Shown in pieces: positions 13,657-24,459 of a stretch of 64,000 bases of DNA (positions are counted from its first letter, which is position 1; the number at the start of each line of letters is the position of its first letter). Location of the stretch: positions 22,073,486-22,137,485 of the forward strand of contig CM119267.1 in NCBI GenBank assembly GCA_051294375.1. The letters are read 5' to 3'. This stretch comes from Paraspadella gotoi (lineage: Eukaryota; Animalia; Chaetognatha). The notes beneath the pieces are model-generated. The model was given only the letters and a program-made list of their open reading frames with translations. It did no database searches and was not told the origin of the DNA. Made by a program: the position numbers and the translations under genes.

Positions 13657-15734
13657 TCATCGACAATCGCCATCCAAGTTTTTTCTTCGTAGTTGTTGTC
13701 GTTGTTGTTTTTTGGCCGAGAGTTTTCGAGAATAAAAAAGAGATCGAAATAAAGGGCCGACGACGACGACGATAACATCGATGACGAATATCGACTTGAC
13801 GCCTTTCGTCTTCGTGCTCGATGCAGAGTTGCAGAGATTATCAGTGTCGCATCTGAGATAAGAATATCGCTTAGCATTCCTCGTCGGTCAGTCCCTTTAG
13901 TACGTCGTTTTAAATGCTCGTTAACTTGTAATACTACTACATATTATTAATGTTTGGTAGGATGATATACCACAATGTGCATAAAACATGTGTTATAAAC
14001 CTGCCCAACTACGCGATCAGCTGAAAATCAAAATTTATGATCCAACTTGCCGGTTCTCGTTTTAATTTTGAATATCGATAATCTTATCTGGATTTATTTA
14101 TATGAAATTGATACAACCAATATGAAAAGTATCCATTCTTTTAATAAATAAGTTTCCATGTCTTTGGACAGGCTTTGGCGATTGAAGGCCTCCAACCTTC
14201 TTTGGTGGTTTCAGGCCTCCATCCCTCTTTCAATACGTATGAATCTTAGTCGTCGATCGATTTAATTAACAGAAAAAACTCATTCGGGAATCATCAGGGG
14301 GAGACCGTCGTAAATGCCCTGGAGTGGTTTTTATTTCATATCAAGAATGATAATGAATGATAATGTCATAATTTCATTTTCTATCAAGAGTCTATCACAA
14401 TCTAGTTTATTATTATTTTTAATTAATCCAGTGTAGGTTTTTAGGTTTTCCTTCTCTTCCCCCTCCCCCTCCTCCTCCTCCTCCCTTTCCACCTGCAATT
14501 GACAATCTCGACGACGTCGACCCTCAAAAGAGGCGTTCCGTCCGATTGCGTCGCCGACAACGTGAAGCAGTCGTCATTGAAGTTTTCGCCGAAGTCGCTC
14601 GTCTCTCCGCAGGACAGATAAACTTCCGTTGAACCGGCTGACGAAAGGTTTGAGAATAATAGGTCGGTCGGTCGGTCGTAGCGACAAATGAGCATAGGAA
14701 ACTTGGCAACCGATTAACCCGAACAAAGGTGTTTTCCTTTTAGTAGTGTATGTGGGTAAATGGGTATGTGTGACAGTTTTTGACTGTGTGTGTGCTCTCT
14801 CCCTTTTTTTTCCACCTTCATTTACCTTTATTTCTCTCTCTCTTTCATTCCCTTTTCGTACAGTATTAAATTAAATTTATTAAATTCAAGATTTAAAGAA
14901 ACTATTTTTGAAAGTACATGGTGACCAATTGAAACCCGCCGCTAGTTTCTGCATCTGACACGTCCTCAGTCGTCCTAACCCTAAATCACCTTTTGTCTTC
15001 AAACGTTTTCTGGCGCAAGTCGTGACGCCGAGGTCGCAACCGACGGAAGAGCAAACGGACCTGGCCCGGCTCGAGTTGGACGAATCCAGGAAGCAATAGT
15101 TCAACTTGAATCAGTTGAAATTAATAACTTTATTTAAAACTCGACAATCGATCAAATTTAATTAAAGTAACCAAAGTTTTCAACATAGCGCTAAGATAAT
15201 TTTTTGTGACTTTCTATAAGATTCTTTCTATTCTTAACCCTATTTCTCTTCTTGTGGGCGGTTGACACTAATAGAGACAGTACCTTAGGTCTGCTAATGT
15301 AAGAGATGATTATTTAATATGATCTTAAATGAGATTGATTGATTCAATCTCATTTGCATATTGCAGTATTGAATCTAAATGTGTCCAAGTCAAGTCAACA
15401 TATCATCAAGTAAGATATTAATGAACACTGAACCTTTGGTATCTAGTAATATGCCTATCTTATCACAGGCAAACATACCCTCATATATCTGGCAACTAAG
15501 CCTCCCCTTATACTAATACTATATAACTATAGCTGAGAAATAAATTATCAAATATAGCGACGAGTAAAATAATAGGGTGAAAACGAAATTAAGCGTGATC
15601 CATCAAATCAATAACAGCAGGAATTAAATCAAAGCACTTACGCCTTTCGTAGCTCCGTAGCATTCAATTCCCGATGAGCATTGACAAAAAAGACTAAAAA
15701 CCAGATAGCTAAAGATAAAACTTAAAAAACTCAT
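13657..15734 (-). CDS. Ly6/uPAR (three-finger, quiver/sleepless-like) cell-surface protein, 4 exons
   Basis: Exons 15734-15642, 15104-14990, 14637-14493, 13852-13657 splice in frame (phases 0,1,2). Signal peptide MSFLSFIFSYLVFSLFCQCSSG, then IECY..., 10 Cys in the mature domain, terminal NCRCDTDNLCNSA, then hydrophobic SIFVIDVIVVVVGPLF. Confidence 0.78.
15299..15510 (+). repeat. Dispersed AT-rich repeat; a longer copy lies at 47387-48062
   Basis: Nearly identical to 47387-47473 joined to 47936-48062; this copy lacks the ~460-bp middle. Confidence 0.8.
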
Positions 15735-16733
15735 TATTTTTTGCTTAGTTGGTGAAAATACGAGTATATTTTAAGAAAAAGATTACCGTTCTTATTTAAC
15801 TGTAAAAATTTCGCGCAAAAATTATGTTTCAAATTGAAGAAAAAACTTTACCAAATAAACGGGGGAGAAAAAAAAAACCCATTACAAATTATTTTTGAAC
15901 AATAATACGAAAAAACAAAAACAACTTAGTTCGCTCCGTCTCTCTTACCAATTTAACGATCTGTTGCCCCGCCCCCCCTATTCTATTTAATATATATATA
16001 TATATATTTAATACTTAAGGGAGTGGTCTTTTCATACAATTGAAGGTTCCGCTTACAAACGTCGCATTTAGCGAAAAAACAACTCTTTCCTATATTGTTC
16101 AGTCGTTACTTACAATATTAATTTAATTTGTACCATAATACAAATTGGGCCGAACTAGGGATTGGTTAAAATCATATCCATCCGATTCTAATTATAAAAA
16201 AGTACATTTTTTGCAATATTTAAGAAAAAAAATCATGTCCATTTTTGTCCATTTTCACTTTCGCCCTCTGATTTGAATGCCAAGGAAAGTTGAGAAAAAT
16301 TTTTTACTTTGGAAATCCGTTCTTCCTTATCTTATTCATCTCTGGGTAAATTTATTTGCTTAAATCATTTGTAGTTTGCCTATGAATTAATTTTAAAATT
16401 GACAAGTCAAAAAGTTTCATTTTTAGTTTTTATCATAATTTGTTAAACAAAAATTGTTCAAATTAGTTTAAATTTACAGAAAATATAGCCTATTGAATAA
16501 GCTTTTAAAACCTATAAAATAATAAAAAAAACCTGCTTTGTTTAGCCACAAATAATTTTTAAAGACGGCAATTAATTTGTGACTTTTTGTGACTTGCATT
16601 TATTTTTAATAAAAAGAATATTTTCAACTCATTTACTAGTTTTAAAAGATAATATACATACTGACATTGATTAATCAAAAAAAACCGCATCCTTTTAATC
16701 CAATGGAAAGCGTCAGGACTTGTTTTTTCTCAG

Positions 16734-16779
16734 AATCGACAGATTTTGCGGAAAATATTTTCCGCAAAATCTGTCGATT
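16734..16779. repeat. Perfect 46-bp palindrome
   Basis: AATCGACAGATTTTGCGGAAAAT|ATTTTCCGCAAAATCTGTCGATT equals its own reverse complement. Confidence 0.95.
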
Positions 16780-18751
16780 TACTAAATCTGCTAGGCAACC
16801 AAACTTTGAATAAAATCTTGCGCTACCCAAAATTTTTTTACTACGTTACATTTTAAACATTTTCATATATTTAACATAATGTAAACGCAGATATAATAAG
16901 TGAACGGGGAGAAAAAGAGAAGAGGAGGGAAAGACAATGTGTGTGAAAAAAGGAAGCTGATAGAGGGGGAGGGAGCGGATTGGAAAGTATAAAAAATGAG
17001 TAAGAGGAGATTGAGAACAAGAGAAGGAGAGAAAAGAAGAGATAGTAGGAAAAGAGAGACAGAATCGGAGAAAGAAGACGAAAAGCTGAGATAAAGAAAG
17101 AAATAGTAAAGGAAAAGAGACAAAAGAGAGGAAGAGAGAGGAAAAGGAAGAGAGGAGGATTAAAGGAAAGAAAGAGTGACAGAAAAGAAGGAAGAAAGAA
17201 GGAAAAAGAAAAAGAGAGTGTAAGAAACAAAAAGATTATGTGTCATCTTTTTCCTGTAGAGTCCTGTGAACCTAAATGACGTTAAAATTCTTATGAGCTA
17301 CTTCATCGTTAAAAGTTGTTCTTACCATGAAAAATCGCCTGTACTTTTTCTTAAATTAAGCAGATAACGAGATTTGATTGTTTGTCGCGAAAGAAATCAT
17401 GTCTTACCGTATTTTGAAGGCATAGAAATTTACCTAGTGTGCTCTACCTTACCAGTAACTTTTTTTTAACTGAAGAATGTCCTATATTTATCAGCGAGAT
17501 GAAAATAAATGACAATTATTCCAATTTCAAAATCATTGTCTAAAATACCCGAAGCGGGAGTAGAGCCTGAAATATTCTTTGAGATATTTTCCACTTCATT
17601 GATAGGGAAGCCAGGTACTCTGGGAGTGAATGGGCGGGACTGTGAGAGAGTCTTGATTGAAAGCTTGCAGGGACCTGCTATGTAATTATCTTGTAAGAGT
17701 GATGAAGGCCTTAAACCACCAAAGCCTGTCCAAAGTCAGGGGCAAGATAGCTTATTTATTAAATGAATGGATAATTTTTATATTGGTTGTACCAATTTCA
17801 TAAAATTCGTAAGACCCTCACTCTCCCGAGCCTCCGTAGCCTCCGTAGCCACCGAAGCCTCCGTAGCCTCCGTAGCCATCATAGTTTCCGTAGCCTTCGT
17901 TGCTCCCGTATCCTTCATGGGCTCGGGAAACGCCTCCCGAGGGGGCGCCCATCCGCGGCCCGAATGCGCACCCCTTCCCCCCTTATGCTCCTGCGCCTTC
18001 TCTTCAGCCTTTTTCATCTCCACCGTTCTCCCACGGATCTCGTATTTCTTAACGCAGCAGATCTCGTCGGCCATGTCTTCGGTTTCGACGGTGATAAAAC
18101 CGAAGCCTCGATTCCCTGAGGACAAAACATTTTGTAATTCCACATTTGAATTATTTGACTTTCTTATTCAAGCATCTTAGGCATACCAATACTTCTTGGA
18201 ACCAACCTCCTGACTGCTTATGGATAATGTCAATGCTTGTGATATTGATACGCCCTTCATAAGAGACCGCGTCCCTTATTTCTTGTTCGGTCACTCCTTC
18301 CGGCAGCCCGCCCATAAAGAGCTTCTTCACTTTTAGGTGCGCAGTATCATCGGAATCATCCGTTCGGCTGAGGGCGACTGGAAAGCAAAGAGATCAATAT
18401 GACGATTCTGTATCATCATGGTCAATTTCGCTATATATTGAATCCAAAATCCTGTATGCACGACAATGAACCATGAAGGTGATAGATAATACATCAATCA
18501 TATTACTCACGCTTCGCTTCGACCTCCTTTCCATCGATCCGTATTGGGCCAATTCTCTTTTTGTAATCCATGATTTTATGGACGTGGTGGACGGAAGTAA
18601 AACCCACAAACGCGAACCAGCGGGAGTCTCCGCTCCCGGCATCCCTTACGATCTGCAATCGAAGGGAACCGGATTGCAACAATATTCAAATAAGTCTGTA
18701 GTCGGGCATTGCCTAGGTTCACCCCGCCTATATGCATGACACCTTCAGTCC

Positions 18752-18960
18752 TGACCCGGTGGCTCATTGAGTAAAGCCATCAGCTCATGACCACTAGGTA
18801 CCGGGTTCAATCCCAGCCAGGTACCTACCCTGTGGGAAGCGTGAGGACGGCCGTAAGCCGCCTTGGGGGCGTGGCAACCCCTCAAGCCTGGTTCCAAGCC
18901 CAGGACCCGTTCCATGGCTACTAAAGGGGGTTATAGAAGTTACGGATAGTCATCTTCAGC
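18752..18960 (+). mobile_element. tRNA-derived SINE-like element
   Basis: A-box-like GGTGGCTCATTGAG and B-box GGTTCAATCCC at tRNA-like spacing, followed by a GC-rich body; intronic. Confidence 0.55.
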
Positions 18961-19134
18961 CCACTTAGCGCCTTATCCACAAGTCTTATTTCAGAACAGA
19001 AACAAATATAATTAAAAGGCATGTCATCAAATCGTTTCCGGCTTTCCAACTCATTTTGTTGGCGATTCGAAATATAATAAAGAGAGTGAGGTAAAGATAA
19101 TCGTTATACCGTGCCGTTCTTCCTTGCGCAAGTA

Positions 19135-21460
19135 TGTCATCCTTCAGAATCGCTTCCCCCGGGGGCGGTGCTGGGACGGCCCGCGGGGTGGCTCCGCGGG
19201 GCGGCCCCGAGGGGCAGGCAAATTTTTACCGCCTAGGGGCGGCCCCCTGTAGCCTCTTTTTTGGAGCCCCAAGGGCTACTCCAGGGGGAATCCCCTGGGG
19301 CTAGAAAAACCTTTCCCCCTGGGGCTACCCCCAGGGGGGTGGATTTTCCTGCCCCCTGGAACGGCTCTCTCTTCCTCCTATCTCTCTCTCCTTCTACTCT
19401 CTCTTTCTCTCTCCCTCTCTCTCTCTCTCTTCTCTATCTATTTTCTATTTTCATCTTTCATTACAATAAAATATAAAAATAAAAATAATATTTTCACTTC
19501 AATTTATCAATCAATGAACTAATAGCTGTACTAATACCAATTTGGTCACCTTGCATAATTTAATCAAATAGAATAATTTGGTCAACTGACATAAATCAGT
19601 CAACTGATATAATTTAATCAACTTTTAAAATTTGGTAAACTTTTATAATTTGGTAAACTTTCATAATTTGGTAATTTTTTTTATAATTTAGTTAACTTGC
19701 TTAATTTGGTTAACCTTCATATTTTGCTAAACTTTTATAATTTGGTAAACTTTAATAATTTGGTAAACTTCCATAATTTGTAAACTTTCATATTTGGTAA
19801 ACTTTCATAATTTAATCAATTTGCATAATTCAATCAACTCGCATAATTTGGTCAACTCGCATAATTTGGTCAACTTGCATAATTTGGTCAATTGCATAGA
19901 TTTGTCAACTGGCATAAATTGGTCAACTGGTATAAATTGGTTAATTTTCTTAATTTAGTCAAGTCATAATTTGGTCAACTTAGATAATTTGGACAATTTG
20001 GATAATTTGGTCAAATTAATTAATTTGGTCAACAAGCCACTTAACAATTAGCTAATTAATAATTTTATCTGATAAAAATAAGAAAGAGAGAAAAAGAGTG
20101 CAAAATTTTTGTTAATAATGTTCAAGTAAAAGTAACTTTTGTTTTTCCATTAAAACTCATTTCACTTGCACACTTTTTTACCCATACACAAAATTTTATC
20201 TTAATTCATCTATAAAATTTTAAATAATAGAATAAAGAGTAGGATGGTTTTAATGTTTAATTCACTTATAAAAAATAATTAATTAAAAAATATTTAATTG
20301 ATTAATTAATTAATATCAGTCTTTAAGTCCATCCTATATTAGCATTAAACTCCAATTATTCGTGATTAAATAGATGGATTGGAATAAAATTTTGTGTGTG
20401 GGTAGAAAAAGGATGTGATTGAGCTAGAATTAAAGTTTTGCTCACTCTCTCTCTCAAATCTCAGCTCTACTTAACAACGTTAGTTCATCTTAAGCAATCT
20501 ACAAACTTACGATTATTAATTACAAATCTTAAATAAAAAAGTTTTATTTTATGATGTAGAACTCGTTTAATGTTGATGAATAGTTTTTATTGTTTTTTGA
20601 GGGGGACTCCATAATTCACTAAGTAGGTCTGTCAGTCACTGCCCATTATTCGTTTGGTGATTTATTTAATTTCTTTTTAAACATCAAATTATGAATATAA
20701 TTTTTAAAAAAATTATGTCTCTCTCTATCAGTCTATCAGTATGTCCATCCAACAAAAAGAAAAAAAAAAGAAAAAAAAAGAAAAAAAAAAAAGAAAAAAA
20801 AGAAGATAAATGACTGATTAGCTTTTTACCACTAAATTTTTGTGGCTACGTTCCTACATTGTTTGCTAAAACTTGTTCTATATCTTTTAACTGAAATAAA
20901 ATAATTGGGTTAAAAAATACAAATATTTTAATTTTTAGATTAAATATGTAATAAATGAGTTAACTATTATTTGAAAAAAAATGTATATTTAATTCAGTTA
21001 CATAAAACAAGTCTTGAAAGAGAAGGAGAAAAAAAAAGAGAGAAAAAAAATAAAGAGAATGAGAAAAAGAGAGAATGAAAAAAAAAAGAGAGAAAAAGAA
21101 AAAGGGAAGAGAGAAAGAGAGTAACAGACAGGGAGAAATATTCTCAGATATAATAACATAGTCAAAAAGTATATTTTCTCATCTAAACTTTGCTCTCTCT
21201 TTAACTCGCCCCTGGGGGAGCAGTTTTTTGCTCCCCAAGGGTTACCCCCAGGGGCAGACTTTTGGGCCCCAGGGGGCTAAGCATTAAGGGCGCCCCTAAT
21301 AGACTCAAAATGTTGGCCCAGGGGAACCCCCTGGGGCGCCCCCTGAGGCAATCCAGAGGGGGCGCCCCCTCAATAACCATTTTGCTGCTCCCCTGGAATA
21401 GTCTGCCCCCTGGGGCCGCCCCTAGAGCCGCCCGCGGGGCGGAGGATTTGGGAGATGACA
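19135..21460. mobile_element. Non-autonomous terminal-inverted-repeat element (MITE/foldback-like) in hnRNP intron 1
   Basis: TA|TGTCATC...GATGACA|TA ends. GC-rich imperfect inverted arms of ~200-250 bp built of CCCC(A/T)GGGG motifs. AT-rich interior with no transposase ORF. Confidence 0.7.
19540..20035. repeat. 18-bp minisatellite (consensus ~GCATAATTTGGTCAACTT), roughly 25-27 degenerate copies
   Basis: Tandem units are directly visible, e.g. 19839-19895. Confidence 0.9.
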
Positions 21461-22664
21461 TATCTCTCCTTGCGTAACACTTACCCACAAAAACCTTGCG
21501 GAGATTTATGTTTTCTGCCATCGCCGAAAATTTATTTTCAATGAAGAATGAAGTATATTCTAAATTTTTAAAAAAATAAAAAAAACTAATAATAATTTTT
21601 CGATAATTTTGTTGAAAATAAGTCAGAGAAGACGCCTTCTACAAGTCCTACATTACTGTCATTAGGACATACATTTACGAATATTAGTAAAACTTCCCCC
21701 CCCGTTTTCTGAACAAAGTAAAAAGTGAAAAAAAATTTTGTCAAAGTTTTTTTCAAAATGAGAGACCAGTTTTCTTGTTACAAACTTGTTTTTAAGACGT
21801 TCCTGTATTCTATTCGTCCACCAGAGCAGAGGAACTGACTCGCAGGTCGGCACCAAACGTGGTTAAAAAGTTAATCTCAATAGGAATTTTTAATTTAGTT
21901 AAAATATACTTAACCGAAACCCTTTGGTTGCACTTGAGTGCTTCCTCTTTATAGTGATATAAATTATACTGAATCTGAAAGAGTGATACTGTTTTTTTCC
22001 TTTCTTGGAAATGATTTATATTGATTTAAAATGGAATTTAATAAATTAAGTAAATCTAAATCGTTTTGCTTATCTATAATTAAAACTCGATCTGGCTTGC
22101 GACTAATAACTGACTCTTCGGTAACACGGCCTAAAAGGCGTCTCAGTGACAGTGTAAAACTAAAAAAAAATGTCAAAAAAATTGTATTTCCATCCCAAGA
22201 AAAAAACATTCGTAGGAAGAACATTTCAAAAAACGCACCAGCATCAACAATGAAAACTACAAATGAAGGAAGTATGTATGTATTTCAAACACAGTTATGT
22301 TAAACAAACAAACAAACAACTATTCCCGAGACAATATGAATAAACTCGTGGAACAAAATAATATTTCTCTCTGGCGAAAATTATTTTTGACTGGCCCATC
22401 TGATGACAATTACCGGTTTGACTTGAACGAGGAAACGCTTCAATAACAATATTCGACTGAAAACGAGTACTAAATATGTTTCATACTGATGTCATTAAAA
22501 AACTATTATTATTATCATTGACAAAAACATCAATGTCATTACTAATAATGTTATCACTATTATCTTAGCGCAATCGCTAAATGAAAATAATTAATCTTAA
22601 AATTTTAACATATATGATTCGCAAACCTTAATAAAAACAAAACAACAACGAAAACAAAAGGCCT

Positions 22665-24418
22665 TCAAAAGTGTTCCTTGTTGAAGTAAAGCCTCGTTCC
22701 CGTATCGACGGACTCGTTGACTTCGCGGCACGCCCTCTTCAACTCCTCCGCCAAGGGTTTCGGTCCGCAGAGGAACACGCCGATCCTGGCGCCGTCCTCC
22801 CGCGGGGCCACGATGCGGCGCAACTCGACGGGCCAATTGGGGCGGCCAAACTCGGTTCGGTGGTGGAGTTGGCTGAACTCGTCGTACGTGGAGTCTCTGC
22901 GGAGAATACGGATGGGGGGGAGAAGGGGGGGGGGGGTAGTTTTGACTTAATTTACTTTTGACATCTTTTTTACTCATAAGATACAATCTAAATTAAGAGA
23001 CAATAAGTTTTCAAGCAAGTCTAATAGATAAAGAGGATAAAGGATTAAGAGACTCGTCGTCGTTGTTGTGCATCGAAACTAATGAAATTTCGAAAGACTC
23101 ACTTGTCCCGACGCGCGATGGACATGGCTCGCTTTGGATCCCATCCGCGAGTCAGGAAAATATGGTAGGAGAGAAGTCCGCCAACCACAGCTCCTCCTCC
23201 TCCTCTTCCTTCACGATCTTCAACTTCCAAAGAATGAAGCAAATCTCTGGGGGAAAAAAAAGAATTTTTTAATTATTATTTTTGTTTAATTAGCGAATCG
23301 TTAAAATTATACTTTTATTTTTACCATGTGTTTCAGTCGCTTTTATTTTATTTTTTTTATTCACTTTTCCTTTCCACTTTTATTCCAAAAAACCTCCACA
23401 AAAAAAAAAAAAAAACCACAGGAAGATCGACAGATCCCCCCCCTCTTTACCGAAACCACTCGAAGGCTTTAACGTCGGGCGCGATCCAGAAAAAGTGGAC
23501 GGCCTTGACGAAGAGCATCTGACGTTGCCTCCGCTTGTTGTAGAGATGCTTGAGGACCGAAGCGAAGGGCGTGACGCCGATCCCGGCGCCGACGAAGACT
23601 GACGACTCGTAAGAGAACCACTCTTCGCTCGCGGCCCCGAACGGTCCGTCGAGGTAAAAGATGGGCGCCCGATCGAGAGCCACGGGCTGTCGGGCGCCCT
23701 CTTCCTCTTTCTCGCATTTTCGCGCCACCGCGCGAGTCCAATCGCCGACGGCGCGGACGTGAACGCCGACGAACTCGTCGTCGGGCGCCGACGTTACAGT
23801 GAAGGGATGCCACTCGAACCGGGAGACGGTCGGGCATTGCAGAGCCACGTATTGACCGGGACTGACGCGCGGGCGTTGTCCGACGGCGGGAACGAGGCGG
23901 AGTTCGGTGACATCGGACGGGTGGAGGACGACGGCGGCGAGGCGGTAGGGATGGCGCGTGCGTACGAGTTTGACGACGCGTTCCACGAGGTAGAGAGCGA
24001 TGGGACCGACGATCCACATCCAGGCCGTCGGAGGCGAAGGGGCGAAAGTGGGGAACGGGCAGTCGGGCAAATTTCCCCACGAAGAGATGCGTGGGAGACA
24101 ATGGGAGGGGGAGTGGGCGGCCACGTTGGTTTGGGAGCGGACGAAACCGCCGAGACCGTGTGTGCCTGGATTTGGGGAAAGAATGCAGGGCTTTTCTCTC
24201 ATCGACTTGAATGAGATTTTTAAATTCTATTCCTTAACTTTGTCTATTTCTCTTATCATTTTCTTCCCTCGTCTCAGCATCCTTTTCCGCTTTCCTGTTA
24301 TTCTTTTTCACTCTCAATTGTTACAACTATTTTTGCTCTTTCCGATTTTTTTTAATTTTTAACTCGAACCCTTTAATCCACTAATTTCTTTTTTTCACTT
24401 TCCTATTTTTTTTGTTTC

Positions 24419-24459
<41 letters not shown>

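Larger units (their letters stand above)
17778..21521 (-). pseudogene. hnRNP A/B-like two-RRM gene with frameshifts (pseudogene or sequence errors)
   Basis: Exon 1 MAENINLRKVFVG|gtaagt (21521-~21485). RRM1 remnants IVRDAGSGDSRWFAFVGF...RIDGKEVEAKR (~18730-18510, frame broken). RRM2 HLKVKKLFMGGLPEG (~18377-18208) and GNRGFGFITVE...IRGRTVEMKKAE (from ~18115). The Gly/Tyr tail (EGYGNYDGYGGYGGFGGYGG) lies in a shifted frame. Confidence 0.75.

Noticed and set aside
16863-17230. Hydrophobic F/S/L-rich ORFs (also 7787-8186 and 3425-4252 in part)
   Set aside because: Translations of purine/pyrimidine low-complexity tracts.
18752-18830. tRNA gene
   Set aside because: A and B boxes are present, but no consistent cloverleaf or T-run terminator; treated as a SINE head.
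19540-20035. CRISPR-like array
   Set aside because: Head-to-tail 18-bp units with no unique spacers, no cas genes, and a eukaryotic context.
22398-22440. Hammerhead ribozyme (CTGATGA...GAAA)
   Set aside because: No supporting stems I-III could be paired by eye.
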